DNA of 64,000 nt, counting the filler, from Circinaria calcarea (lineage: Eukaryota), in the NCBI GenBank assembly GCA_051942165.1. It is 11 parts of 11 records of this genome, joined end to end, with 100 filler letters (N's around TTAATTAATTAA, not from the genome) between each part and the next. Parts side by side here need not be neighbours in the genome. Positions count along the whole stretch, not along the records: positions 35,032 to 40,762 come from JAVECS010001807.1; positions 40,863 to 46,591 come from JAVECS010001808.1; positions 46,692 to 52,420 come from JAVECS010001809.1; 8 more parts are not named here. One strand, written 5' to 3'. Positions 38,599-51,848 of this stretch are shown piece by piece. A program made the translations under genes and the position numbers. The notes under the pieces are model-generated. The model saw only the letters and a program-made list of their open reading frames with translations. It was not told where the DNA came from and made no database searches. Position 1 is the first letter of the stretch, and every line of letters starts with the position of its first letter.

Positions 38599-39431
38599 TA
38601 TAAATTATATTATTTAATTAATTTTAAATGTAAAGTAAAAAGTACTTTATATTTTTATTATAAATTATAAGTATAACTTATTTGTCTTCTATTTTTTCAT
38701 TTTATCAATCTCTCGATTTTCAGAGACAAATAGAGAGAGAACACAAAGATAGCTACGAATAAAGCCGTTAACTGCCTCTGATACTAAATGACACCCGAAG
38801 AAGATTGAGGTCGAAAGTGTAAACTGGTCGGCGAGATAAATTAGACATGTTACTTATCATCGCTTTATCTACAAACTATGTATATTGAGTGCTAAACGAC
38901 GGCATTTGACGATACACCAACGAACGGAGAAAGAAAGAACCAAAGTTCCAGGCAAAATAGAGAGGCTTCTGATAGTAAATAAATTGCATCTGTAAATAAA
39001 AAAGAGATAGAAGAAACTAAAGAAAAAAACCAAATCTAAAAAAAAAATTCTGTGCAATACTAAACCCGCGTATAGTTAAAATACCTGTAAGAGTAAGAGT
39101 TAAAAGAGAGAGAGATGTATAAAGAGGTCATGGTGAAGGAGAAACTAAGTACAAGGCTGATCTTTTAGTGAAGAATTAAAATTTGCTCTCTAAAATAATT
39201 ACAAGATTAAAGTCATAAAAGGTTATGAATTTAATAAAAATTATGATACATTCAAGCCATATATTACAGATTTATATAGTACACAAATATGATAACCTAC
39301 TGATCATGGCATTGTTTAAATTGTTATTATTTGTATCCATTTAAATTTACTAGATAAATTTTGTTTAACTGTAAACAGAATACTGGTTTTAGAATATTAA
39401 ACTTAAAGATACTAGCTAGACTTTTTTTAGT

Positions 39432-40265
39432 TTAAAGGTCTGGATCAAAATAATCCATTGGCTCCAATTCTGACTGTTCTTGAACAAACTCAGTAGGACT
39501 ACTGGGTTTAGATTTTTCTGCAGAGACATTTTCATCTCTATTCTTTTTTTCTAAACTTATAGCCTTAGAATCAGAACCAGAAGCTTCTGGTTCTACTCAT
39601 TTAACAGTGTCAGCTACTTCTGTATAACTTTTCAGTTTTTCTCTATATTCAGATGAAAGTTTATCTGATTCACTATATGTAGCTTTACTTTCTTCTAACC
39701 TTTTTTCTCTATCTTCGAGATAATCTTTCCATTCTTGGCAGTTTTTATTTAATCCTCTTTTTTTCATAGCATTATGAATTAAATCTACGATATTTCTACT
39801 AACAACCCTTCGAGAATTATCTGCTTTTTCACGAGCTCTAAGTCAATCCAATAAGTATTCAGGTGTAGATGTATCTTCCTGTGTATCTTTATATTTAGAC
39901 TGTATATCGTCTCTTGTATCTTCGTCATATTTTATTTCCTTACCAATCTTACTTATGACTTTTTTATCTTTAGATAGTCTTTTCATATATTTATATGCAT
40001 AATTGGACATTTTTTCGTATTCTTCACCTAATATTTCGTCTTTACTTTTAGATATTTTATCTTTATTTAGATTACTAAGATCTTTAACCTCTTCAACAAC
40101 TTCTTTGTTGATTTTTAAAAGTTTATCTATTCGCGATAGATCGTAGTCATCCTCATTACTAGTTTTTAATATTACACTAATAGAAAAAAATCTCTTGGAG
40201 TCTGTATTTTTTTCGGTTATATTAAATAAATAATTATTAATTTTATTTTTTGTTAAGTTTGTCAT
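39432..40265 (-). CDS. Hypothetical charged (K/E/D-rich) mitochondrial ORF, read with genetic code 4
   Basis: The 140-aa ORF continues through TGA (Trp) at 39843 as WLRAREKADNSRR... for about 270 codons. The tail may be frameshifted (PTEFVQEQSELEPMDYFDPDL*). Confidence 0.55.
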
Positions 40266-40402
40266 TAGATTGTTTATTGTTTTATTTTATTTAACGTGTG
40301 CATGTTACCTATTTTTATATCTTAAACCACTCTCTTAGAGTGGTTTTTATAAAGTATTTAAAAAGTAGACATTTAAATATTTAATTAATCTTTCTTATAG
40401 TC

Positions 40403-40474
40403 TAAGGAATAGGCGATTTGAACACCTAACCCACCGTGTGTAAAACGGTAGCTCTACCATTGAGCTAATTCCTC
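40403..40474 (-). tRNA. trnV: tRNA-Val (UAC), mitochondrial type
   Basis: The reverse complement has a GAGGAAT/ATTCCTT acceptor stem, an ACCGT-TTTACAC-ACGGT anticodon arm and a GTTCAAAT T-loop. Confidence 0.93.
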
Positions 40475-40557
40475 TAAAGCTAAAGATTAGCCTTAATATT
40501 ATTTAAACTTTAATCACCGACCTATACCAGATTAATAAATGAAAGCTAATTATTAGC

Positions 40558-40601
40558 AATCTAATCTAATCTAATCTAATCTAATCTAATTTAATCCAAT
40601 C
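40558..40601. repeat. (CTAAT)n microsatellite
   Basis: About 8 tandem pentamers. Confidence 0.85.
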
Positions 40602-40862
40602 TAGTAAGGTGTATAATTATAATAATAGACCTCTTTTTAGTTTGAATATGATCTTACGGATCTATCTGTGAAGATAGGTAACTTTTGTTGATTAAAAGAT
40701 CTGCTTATTATTTAAAGAAAAGGTTAAAAGGTTCTTTCTCTTCCCGCGAAGAAGTTTTCTTANNNNNNNNNNNNNNNNNNNNNNNNNNNNNNNNNNNNNN
40801 NNNNNNTTAATTAATTAANNNNNNNNNNNNNNNNNNNNNNNNNNNNNNNNNNNNNNNNNNNN

Positions 40863-42478
40863 CTCTCATCCCCACCATCCTTCCCACCAGGACCAACTGC
40901 AGGGGCTTCCACCCACCCCCTGATCCTTCCATCTCTCCAATCCCCCAGCACCGTCATCGCCGCTCCCCACAGATTCGGCACCCCGCCCTTTCCTAACCGG
41001 CCACGCTTCCGTGCAACTTGCACAAGGAAATCCGTCGTCGGGTCGCCGGAGGCAGAGACCATGAGGGGAGGGAGGTCGTAGACTGCGAGGAGTGAAGAGA
41101 GGAGGTCTGCCGAAGTGGACAGACGAGAGAGGAGCAGCGTTACAGCGGGAATGGGGTCGGTGATTGATTTGGGAGGGAGAGCGGAGAGGAGGGTTAGGTG
41201 AGCTTGTTCTTGGGATTTGGAAAGGCGGGTTTCCGCAGCCGAGGAAGTGGAAGAAAAGGAAGAAGCAGAGGGGAAGACGATACCGGGAGAATCGAGGAGT
41301 TTGAGTTTATTATCGATTTTGACTTCGCGTAGAGAGGTGGTTATACCTGCTTCTGCGCCGATGGGGCATGCGGTGCTTTGGCTGCGACTGAGACGGGTCG
41401 TTAGAGCGTTGATGACGGAGGATTTACCGACGTTGGGGTAGCCGATAACGCCCACGGTGATGGAGCGCTTGAGCTGTTTGCCGCTGGCGTAGGTTTTCAG
41501 AGCGCGAAGGAGGGTTTCCGACGTTCCCTTTACCGTCAAGGCTTTGTGGTCGAATATTCGAGCATTTGGGGCTGGGTTATTGGCTCGAAGCGGGAGAGTA
41601 GGGAAATAGCGGCGCAGATGAATCAGCCAGGCTTTTAACACGGTAGGGGGGACAAGGTCGATTTTGTTAAGAATAAGGATTAGGCGTTTGGACCCCCCGT
41701 CGGCGGCGATGATTTGGCGTTCTATGTCTCGCGAGCGGGTGCCGTTGGGATCTCGGGCATCAAGGACATATAGGAGGATGTCTGCAGAGGAGAGAACAGT
41801 TTTGAAGACTTTGTCAAAGGCACGCCGGGAGGTTTCGAGGGAGCGGGGGTGGGAAGATACAGACGGAAAGGAGGTGGCGCCATTGATGCCTGTAAGGTCA
41901 TCCTCGTCCATCGACGGGCCTTCTTCGTCAGATAATTCTTCGTACTCGGCTGCTCTTGCTTTTGCAGAGGCGAGGAGCGCAGCCATGGGATTTTCTGCGT
42001 CTTCAGGCACGTCATCTCCCATATCTTCGTCGTCGACTAAATCCTCTTCTCCCTCCGAACCCATTTCATTTGAATTCTCCTCGTTCACCGAAGTCGCCAC
42101 AGTACCTATCCTGGCCGCCTTGGCCTCCTCTCGTTTTCTTGTGAGCTCTTCTTCCTTCAGCCGCTTCTTCTCCTCGATCTCGTGAAGTAGTCGATCTTTG
42201 TAGGGAAAGAGATTGGGAATTCCCGGATCCTTTTTCAAGCGCGAGCGCCATTCCGGATTCTACGTCAAAAGCGGTCAGAGTAATACTTGGGTTTTCTGTA
42301 TAAAGATTGACTAGTCATACAGCTTTGGCAAGCTTTCGCTGCTTCCGTCCTTTGGCGGCACTGGCCTTTTCAATTTTATGTCGCAACCGCACAGGCGTAC
42401 GCTTCGACTTTGGCTCTGCTTCTGCATCAGTCTGGTTCATTTGGAGAACAACCTGACCGCCTTACTTGGTCTGACCAT
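40863..42478 (-). CDS. NUG1: Nucleolar circularly permuted GTPase Nug1/Grn1 (GNL3-like), 3' truncated
   Basis: Exons MVRP / KPKSKRTPVRLRHKIEKASAAK / NPEWRSRLKKDPGIPN, with motifs VLDARDP, LNKIDL, GYPNVGKSS and DSPG. Confidence 0.93.
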
Positions 42479-42884
42479 GTTGGTTCCGAACAGCTCCCCA
42501 CGACAGGTATATGGATTCTACACCCGAGTTCTCTGTGGTGAAATTGGTGCCAAGACTTCGCACTCGCTAAAGTGAGGTCCTTGGACGGGGGCAAGTAGGC
42601 CGAAAAGGGCCATCGACGTGCACATGCACTCCGAATTAAGGTACAGCATACTCGGTGACACAACAACCCTCACTGTTCCGTGACAATAATAGCAACCAAG
42701 GTCGACTGGCACCTGCATCTTACGATAAAGTATACCAGGGTGTGTGCAGGATCTCATCTATATTAAATAGCGGTGCGGAGGGATTTTATGGTTTGCGCCA
42801 CTCCACCTGCAGCGTTCCTACATCTTACATTCGCTACCACCTTGACTACCTCCCTTTGACTTCAGGCTATTCCAACTTTTCAGC

Positions 42885-43707
42885 ATGTCAGGTGCCGCCG
42901 AGCCTTCCAAGGGCCTGCCGGAAACTCACGCCTTTGCAGGAATTCTGTTTGATCTAGATGGCACTCTCATCGATTCTACGGATGCAATCGTCAAGCATTG
43001 GCACAAGTCCGCATTCCTGTACCTGTCTTACTAAGAAATCACCCGACCCTAATCAAATGAAAATGCAGACTGGGGAACGAAATGGGTGTGGATCCGGAAG
43101 TCATCCTGGCAACTGCTCACGGTCGAAGATCGATAGATACTCTGAGGTTGTACGATCCAAGCAAGGCAAATTGGGAATGTCAGTGGAGATTTCACACCCC
43201 GGGGGTGGCGTAGCTGAGATGTCCGCAGATGTCAGTCACGTCGAAGGTCTTATCCCCAAAGAGTTCGGAGCGGACGCGGTGGAGGTGCCTGGCGCCAGGG
43301 CTTTGCTAGCTTCTTTGGAGGAAGCGAATGTGCCGTGGGCTATCGTAACTTCAGGAACCCGCCCCCTCATGACTGGCTGGCTGGGCGTAATGCAACTTGC
43401 GCATCCCAAGGTTAACGTGGTGGCAGAGGATGTTGAGGAAGGAAAACCGGACCCAGCTTGCTATGCACTTGGGAAAGAACGACTGGGTCTGACAAAGGAT
43501 GAGCCAGTCCTCGTGGTGGAAGATGCACCCGCTGGTGTTCGAGCTGGTAAAGCAGCCGGCTGTGCTGTGATCGGATTGGCGACGACGCACAGCATTTGGC
43601 AAATAAGGGAAGCGGGGGCAGACTGGATAGTGAAGGATATCCGTAGTGTCCGATACACCGGTGGGAATGGAAGATTAGTCAAGGTCGAAATCTCTAATGC
43701 ATTGTAG
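42885..43707 (+). CDS. HAD-superfamily phosphatase (glycerol-3-phosphate phosphatase GPP1-like), 3 exons
   Basis: First exon contains LFDLDGTLIDST (motif I). Later exons give IVTSG, GKPDP and VVEDAPAG. Confidence 0.9.
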
Positions 43708-46691
43708 ACATAGAGAGCTCCGAAGGAGGCTTGCTGGTGGAAATGAGTTCATAGGCTGACCTGGGAACACTTCGGCAGAGTCCCAGATTGTTAATACCAA
43801 TTGATAACCGGACTGTCCGGTGTACGTCCGTACGGATAACGGGGACCACCACCGCCCAGGAGCCTGAGCTCTGATCTCATATCCTTTACCATTGTAGAAT
43901 GATTGTCTGCAGTTGTTGCCTCGGCTTCCTAAAAGATTCTTCCGGACCGTTTTCCCATGATCGAGACAACATGCATGGTTTGAGGGAAGCCGATCATGAT
44001 GGTGCGACGGTGAAGAAACCAGTTCCGGGACGACTCCATGACGGTATGACCCGACATCCGTCTGACTGATACGAGCGCTGGACCCGATGAAACTCATTCA
44101 AGCGAGCATGTCCATTGCCTGGATCGCTCTGGATAGCTTAAAACAAACAAAGTGTGGCGCGGTCTTGTAAGAGCTGAGGCCGGACGATCGCATCTGCTTT
44201 CTGTGTCTCGCGGAAACCGGATAAGGAAGACTGCTCAACCTGGTTGCCGCATCCAGCCAGGATCTTCGAATTACCCACACCGTGCCCATCCGGATCGGTA
44301 GGCCCTGTCTTTCTTTCTTCTCCCAGCTATCCCGCTGTCGGTCAGCCAGCGCGGATGCTCCTAGGCTGATCCAGGCCACGCCACGCTCTACCGTACCTTT
44401 CCAGATTCTAAGTCATCCAATGAGAAGGTGGCGGGAAAAGTCTAATGCGACGACTCCAGCAGACACTTTCATCCGCGCAATGATGATGCCAAATCAGCGT
44501 CGTGCTGGACCTTTCTAGGCAACGAAACAACAGCGCTTCCGCCGGAACAGTGTCCACGGAGCCAGCACCGCCTCCGTCGGCTCCTCTGGGGATAATCGTC
44601 AACGGTAAACTAGAGTAGCGAGGCTTTCTTCGTGTAGGCCACTGATCACAGAGATGCGGGGCTTTGCCTTGGAATTCGCTCCACCCACAAGGTGACTGAC
44701 TGCTGCAATGCAGGTACACGCCTACGCCTACGCCTACGCCTGACAAGAAACAAGAATCTCAGTGGCTTGAACAAGAAAAAGGGCGGAATCCGACAGCGTG
44801 GTCCAACTCGAATTCTCATGCATGTCTCGCTGCTACTCCACAGCTCGCTACCGCCCTTTGACGGTGCCCAGGCAGGGCGCCATTGCAGCGTGCATAAGAT
44901 GTCTTCGTATTCGACTTTTCCCTATTCCCTAGTTTCCACCACCTAACGTGCCGTTCTTCGGCATGAATCATCTACCGCCAATGCTTTGAGTAGGTAATCG
45001 TGCAACTTTGTCTGCTGCCAGCGCAGCATCGGGTGTGGCGCGGGCGAGCTAAACTAAGGCAACCGCATAACATTAATTTAGGAAACCCTCGTGCGATTGA
45101 TTATGCAGCATCAAGGGTGTTGTGGGTTATCAGCAGAGGTGCGATCTATTCTGAGACCTTTTCATCCCACACACACGTGGTTCGACGTGGCATCCGACAC
45201 GACCAGGAGATTGTCAGGACCCTAACAGGATACGGGAGACCTGGACTTGTTACACGCAATGTTGTGCTGCCATCATACTCGTTGCCTCAACCTCGGGTGG
45301 TCTTTGTTGATCCCACACTTTGTTAGGATACTTTGTCGGGAGGGTAGCCTTACTGAAGACTCTTTGTGACTACCTTTACATCACACCTACAGTAACAAGG
45401 CAGCAGACCATTAGAACAAGATCGACGACGGTGGGGAACGCGACACGACCATGACAAGCACTGAGCCAATGGTGATGGCATGATCGCCCGAATGGGATGA
45501 TCGTTGACAGGCAGATAGCGCAAGATCCACGAGATGAGAGTAGATGGAAGGCTAAAGGGGGGGTTCTTAGGCCAGGGGTCGATTGACCATCAAGCAGCGC
45601 CAGTAGTCTCGACGCTACCATAACTCAAATTGATTAAACTTCGATCCTGAGATTTCAGGTGTTTTGCTATCAATCTTCCTCAAACTCTCTTGGGGCGTTT
45701 TCGTCAAGAGCAAGGACTCGAAGGGCAGGAGTGGGGCTAGGTCAGGAGGCTAAATCTCGATCTTGGCGACGAGAGGGGTGGGTTGAAGTTGTTCGTGCCT
45801 GGCTGCAAACCCAAACGTCCTGTGTGAAGAACCTAGCCTAGACTGCACATTCTCGAAGGATCATAAATGACCGAGATCGTGCTCGGGGGCTCTGCGACAG
45901 GATTATTTCCTTTGCCTCCGCGGCTCCGCGATTAATGAGACGGACGGCCCAGCGCAGTTGATAATGGAGAAACAAGGGGAAGTCCGAGGACCCCATACGA
46001 CGCGCCTTTTACAGATCTTCTGGGTTCCAACCTCATAAGCGCTGGCTCTGTCGCGTTGTCGCAAGGCCCGTCCGGGGCGCTTGATGACCGGGCAGGTGGC
46101 TCTCTGTCGTCCTTGGCAGTCGCGGTGGGGCTCGTATCGAGAAGGAGGTGGGTGTGGCATCGATTGACTCGCGCGACGCCGGGTGTGGCTCGTGACTGAG
46201 TGGAAGGAGGGTGATATGGCAACAGGAACAGGAACAGGACAGGAACAGGAAGTCGGGAGGTGATCGCTTCGGCAGCTCATCGTTGGCCAGGCTGCTTTCT
46301 AGGTTAAGGGCGAAGCTAGAATCTGCAAGACTTCGGGAAAGGGTGTGATGACTGTCATCCCAATCATTTCCCTTCTGCCCATGTACGCCTCTCACAACTT
46401 TCCCCCCTCCTCCTTCCCAGCTGCCACCCCGAAAGTGGTTGGCGTAGCAGGACGAAAAGCGGAAGACGAATCGGGCTAGGAGGCAGAGGGGCTAGTGGGT
46501 ACCATGCCAGGCTAAAGCACCGCTAGACCCCAGCAAGTGGACTGTTCGGCAGTCAAGCTCAGCTCATCCCCCTACCAAACCCCTACAGACCNNNNNNNNN
46601 NNNNNNNNNNNNNNNNNNNNNNNNNNNNNNNNNNNTTAATTAATTAANNNNNNNNNNNNNNNNNNNNNNNNNNNNNNNNNNNNNNNNNNNN

Positions 46692-48781
46692 CTCAATCTC
46701 TTTTGGTCCAAGTAATGGGCGATCAAGCCGATACTCCTCCCTAGCACGAAAAGCCCATTGAGTACCCCCATGTTAAGATAATCCTCTGCTTCTTCAGGAC
46801 TGAATGCTCCACAATTTCGCATCAGGTCGACAAAGCAAACAGCTACGCAACCATCGACATTGAGAATCAAGTTGTCCTTCTTAGACGTCGTGACGGTCTC
46901 AACCGCAATGGCATAATCGAGCATCTTACAGGACGGGAAACGCTTCTTGACAAACTCTTTGACTAGCTCCACACGAAGATCGGGGTTGTTACGTGATTTG
47001 ACCTTGTGTCCGATACCGGGAACTATAGTACTTGGTTAGTGTCAAGCTCCAGATAAAAAGACACAAACCTACTCAGCTTGTTTTCCTTCCTCATAGTATC
47101 TACAAAGTCACGAGGGCTAAGCCCTTTGTCGAAAGCCTTTGTAAATTCCTCTGCCGCTCCATCCAGAGCGCCGCCAAACCTTGAACCAATCGTCAAGAGG
47201 CCAGAGACCAATGCACTTATAAGGTCTTTCCCTGCTCTCGTCGTGATGATGGTATTCATCGCACCTGAAACAGCAGGTCCATGGTCGGCAGTCAGCATCA
47301 AAACCATCTCAAGAAACTTGCTCGCGTAATCGGGCAGACGACGACGGAACCAGAGCAGCGACATGACGCCGCCAATACCAATGTCTTCCCTAAACACATC
47401 TGATATTGGCATACCAGCATAGAGAAGTTCTTGGCCACGATCGTCGGAGATGGTGGAAATGAAGGCAGCTGGTTTCCGAATGAGTCCAAGTTCTTGTGCC
47501 CATGAATAATCGATGGGAATTTTAGGGGGAACGGGTTCTGGCTGTGGCTTGATGACGCCGTCCTTGACGAGACCTTGGTAGACCTTGCTCAGGAGCTGAG
47601 GCATCTCCTCAAACGTGTCTGGGACGTAGAAGCCGGCTTCCTTCATCGACTGGTTTTTCATAGCTGCTGTCTCTAATTGCGAATTGGCAAACGAACCGGC
47701 GTGGCCAAATTGTACCTCTGTTTTGAACATGCTCGCACAAGTACCGATAGCCCATGCAACTACAGGTTTTGTTATCGTGCCGTTCTTCACCGCCTCGATA
47801 ACGCGATATTCTTCCACGCCTCCAACTTCCCCAAGTAGAAGCAACAGCTTGCATTCGGGGTCGGCTTGATACCGAAGCATATGATCAATAAAAGTCGTTC
47901 CAGGGTATTTGTCACCGCCGATGGCAACTCCCTCATAAACGCCGTCTGTAGTATTCGAGATGATGTTGTTTAGCTCGTTCGACATACCACCAGACTTGGA
48001 TACATAACCCACAGAGCCTTTACGATACAGCTTAGAGGCAACGATATTGTCCATCATCCCACCAGTATTACCAATCTTGAAAGCTCCAGGTTTGATGCCA
48101 CCTACTGTTGCCGGCCCAATGATTGTGATGCCCTTCTTCTTGGCCAGGTGCAATATCTCGCGAGCGCGTCGTTCGGGAACACCTTCGGCGATTATGGCGA
48201 TGCACTTGATTTGGCCGTATTCCATGAGCTCAAGAGTTGAGCTGTAGACACTTCGGGAGGAAGCAAAGTTTACGACGGTGTCCACATCATTATGCTTGGC
48301 CATGGCTTTGTTGACATCCTGATATACGGGAAGTAACGTCTCGCTTGTGCCCCAGTACCTAAGAAGAAGCATATCAGTATGGTATAAGATGGACAAGTAA
48401 GCTTGGGACCTACATTTTGCTCACGAATTGCCCACCGAATGGATAGATGATGCCGGCAACAGATGGGGTAGATCGCTTGCAGATAAAGTCAAAATCGAGC
48501 ATGCCTTGCACGGCTCGAGGCTGAAGACCACTGCCGAGGTGGATCAGCAAAACACTACGACCAAGTTCTGCTCGAATCGTAACCTACTAGACGAAACAGC
48601 GCGTTTTACTGTGGAAGAGAGTGTGTTCGGCGTGTGCACTCAACGGCCGACTTGGAGCCACAAAACGGCGAATGTTGTCGTTCGCAGAGGCGCCGCCAGT
48701 TGCATTGCTGATTCCATTTGTTTTTGGTGTCGAATCGGTCCCATTCGGGGTACCGTTGGTGAGGGGAACAGCTGAAGGCAT
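46692..48781 (-). CDS. acl1: ATP-citrate lyase subunit 1 (large/catalytic), 3' truncated
   Basis: [19 protein letters not shown] (phospho-His) and ADHGPAVSG motifs. The start is MPSAVP at 48781, with several introns. Confidence 0.96.
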
Positions 48782-49888
48782 TCTGGAACAAGTCGAGAGG
48801 GAACTGTCGAGGGAAGCTGTTGAACACAATCAGCACCGGACGCTCCAAGGTGACCTGACAATCTGGTGTCCCGCCGCAGCAGAGTCGAGCCAGTGAGGGG
48901 TTTGATAGAGCTCCTGTCAGCTTCAGCTTACCTCCGGAATGTGTAGCGTGGGCACCCGGATGATGGAGGTTGCGGACGAGTTATACAGGCAGCCGGCAAT
49001 TGACGGCGGTGTGTTGTTGGCGTGGGAGTGATGGTTGATGGACGATGGGAATTGCCTGATGACGGTGTTCCTTTTCACTTGACGGGCTGCACGAGAGCTC
49101 TTGACTGTTTCCCCCAATTCCGACCGACAGGGATCTTTCTCTCACCCAAACCACGAAGCTGGGGAAGCGCTATCCCAACAGGGTTAGGGTGTGCAAGGGG
49201 GCGAAAGTCAAACATGGGCATTCCCTTTCGTGGCGACATTGTCATCTACGGAGACCGATATGGAGACTACTCTGTACTGTACAGCTGCATGAGATTCCAC
49301 CGCCACCCGGGCTGCATTGGCATCGCATACTCCGGGACTTGATTGCTCGAGAGATGTTCTACCATATCATCCTGATCTTGACATCTCTCCAACAGTATTC
49401 CATCATCAGTCATTGAAAAAGGACTCGCCGTCGGCGTTCGCTTATTCGTTTGGCGGGAAATTAGTGGTGGGCGGCGGGTCGAAAGTTGAGCTCAACAGGC
49501 CAGAGCGGTCACGCTAGCGGGGAATTGGGGAAGAATGTATGTAGGAAAGCTCGATAGAAGAACGGAGCCGAGTATTGTAGTGTATCATCATCATCATCAT
49601 CATCATCCTCCACCCCCCAAAAAGTACAGACGGCATCCTCAGCTCTGGCACGCTCTTGCCATCTTGACCCGGCACCATTGATTTGATTACCCACTCAACA
49701 ACCTTCAACGCCAGACCCCGATAAATCACTTCTACAACTCTCGAGGCCCGTCCAGAGTAAAACTCCCCAAAGACCTTTCTGCTGTAAGCTGCTCCCTCTC
49801 CTCAGCTCTAGGTGACTCGGTGTCAGCGGTAAGGCTCTTGCTTACCCATGTCACAGCTTCCTGAACCTCCAAGGCTCTCGACCTCGCC

Positions 49889-51848
49889 ATGGCCGCCAAA
49901 TCGATCCTCGAAGCCGACGGTAAAGCCATCCTCAACTACCATCTAACCCGAGCGCCAGTTATCAAGCCGACCCCTCTGCCAGCAACCGCAACTCACAATC
50001 CAGCCCCTAGGTTGGCCTCCCTCTACTTCCCCAAAGATGCTGCTGTTTCCTCCGTCCTGGACCAAGCGGAAACCACCTATCCATGGCTCCTCGTCAGCGG
50101 GTCCAAATTTGTTGCGAAGCCCGACCAATTGATCAAGCGACGAGGAAAGAGCGGACTGTTGGCCCTGAACAAAACTTGGCCGGAAGCACGGGCATGGATT
50201 GAGGGCAAGGCCGGCAAGACCCAACAGGTGGAAACGGTTCAGGGCGTGCTGAGGCAGTTCCTGGTGGAACCATTCATCCCGCATCCCTCGAACACCGAAT
50301 ACTACATCAACATCAACTCTGCTCGTGAGGTAAGGGCCCTTTTTTTCTTCTCTTTTTTTCTGGCACGATTGAATATTGCGCGAAGCACATTTTCGGGACA
50401 GTTTTTCGGTCTCCGAAAGTCTTCATCATTCGGAGACCTGGTTCTGCGTTTCCCAATCAACACGACCATAGGTTATGTACCGTCGTCCAGCAATAGGATG
50501 GAGCATCTACGAACACGGACGTTGTCGTATGGTTGTTGGACTATCGCCTCCTGTCCCCCACTTCGGGCGGCCGGGGACTAGCGGCAATGCCCGTCCTTCG
50601 TCCTAGCTGCACGTTCTCGACGGCATCCAGGTTTCTCTGGCTCGCCATGTCACTTTGCCCTGATGACCGCTGTTCCTGCATTAGCTTTAGTGTCTCCATG
50701 GCCTTTGAAGTCCAACCTTACGGGCACATGTGAATGAAGCTAACGTTTCAAAACTTGAATAGGGTGATTGGATCCTTTTCACACACGAGGGTGGTGTAGA
50801 TGTCGGTGACGTGGACACCAAAGCTAAGAAACTCTTGGTTCCCGTCGATCTGTCACAGTACCCATCCAACGAGCAGATTGCCACCACGCTGCTAGAAGAT
50901 GTACCAAAAGGCGTGCATAATGTCCTCATTGACTTCATCTCCCGCCTATACGCTGTCTACGTCGACTGTCAATTCACATATCTCGAGATCAACCCTCTTG
51001 TTGTCATTCCCAACGAAGACGCCAGCTCCGCAGAGGTACACTTCCTTGACCTTGCCGCTAAGCTCGACCAGACTGCCGAGTTTGAATGCGGTGTCAAATG
51101 GGCTGTGGCACGGAGTCCCGCCGCTCTAGGTCTCTCTGCTATCAAGGCGGACGGAAAGGTGAGCATCGATGCGGGTCCGCCAATGGAATTCCCGGCTCCC
51201 TTCGGACGGGAACTGAGTAAGGAGGAAGCATATATTGCGGAATTGGATGCCAAGACTGGCGCTTCGCTCAAGCTCACCATCTTAAATGCCAATGGTCGCG
51301 TGTGGACTTTGGTGGCGGGTGGAGGTGCATCGGTGGTCTACGCTGATGCTATCGCCTCGTCTGGATTTGCGGATGAGCTTGCCAACTACGGAGAGTATTC
51401 CGGTGCCCCCACAGAGACGCAGACATTCCATTATGCTCGGACTGTCCTGGATCTTATGCTACGCGCACCGATCCATCCCGAAGGCAAGGTCCTATTCATC
51501 GGTGGTGGTATCGCAAATTTCACCAATGTATGTCTCAATGATACCAAGTCACGGTTCTCTTGATGCAAACATGTTGCTGACTCTCTGTTCTAGGTTGCCT
51601 CGACGTTCAAAGGGGTTATTCGAGCTCTTCGAGAAGTTGCTAGTACTCTTATCGAGCATAAAGTCCAGATTTGGGTGCGCCGTGCTGGACCTAATTACCA
51701 AGAGGGTCTCCGAAACATCAAGTCGGTCGGCGCAGAACTTAAGCTGGATATGCACGTCTATGGTCCAGAGATGCATGTCAGTGGGATAGTCCCCTTGGCG
51801 TTGGTGCCCGGCAAGAACAAGGGAGAAGTGAAGGAGTTCGGTGCTTAG
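49889..51848 (+). CDS. acl2: ATP-citrate lyase subunit 2
   Basis: [34 protein letters not shown] and [10 protein letters not shown] motifs. Introns at ~50329-50762 and ~51528-51592. Confidence 0.96.

Larger units (their letters stand above)
35032..40762. other. Mitochondrial DNA contig (or recent NUMT)
   Basis: Very AT-rich, contains mitochondrial-type tRNAs, and ORFs extend when TGA is read as Trp (code 4). Confidence 0.85.

Noticed and set aside
43708..46591. Long gene-free stretch with short ORFs and (CGCCTA)n/(ACAGGA)n microsatellites
   Set aside because: It looks like an extended promoter or intergenic region, and no supported coding or RNA feature was found.
50661..50750. Box C/D snoRNA in the acl2 intron (TGATGA at 50661)
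   Set aside because: No downstream CTGA D box or terminal stem lies within the intron.
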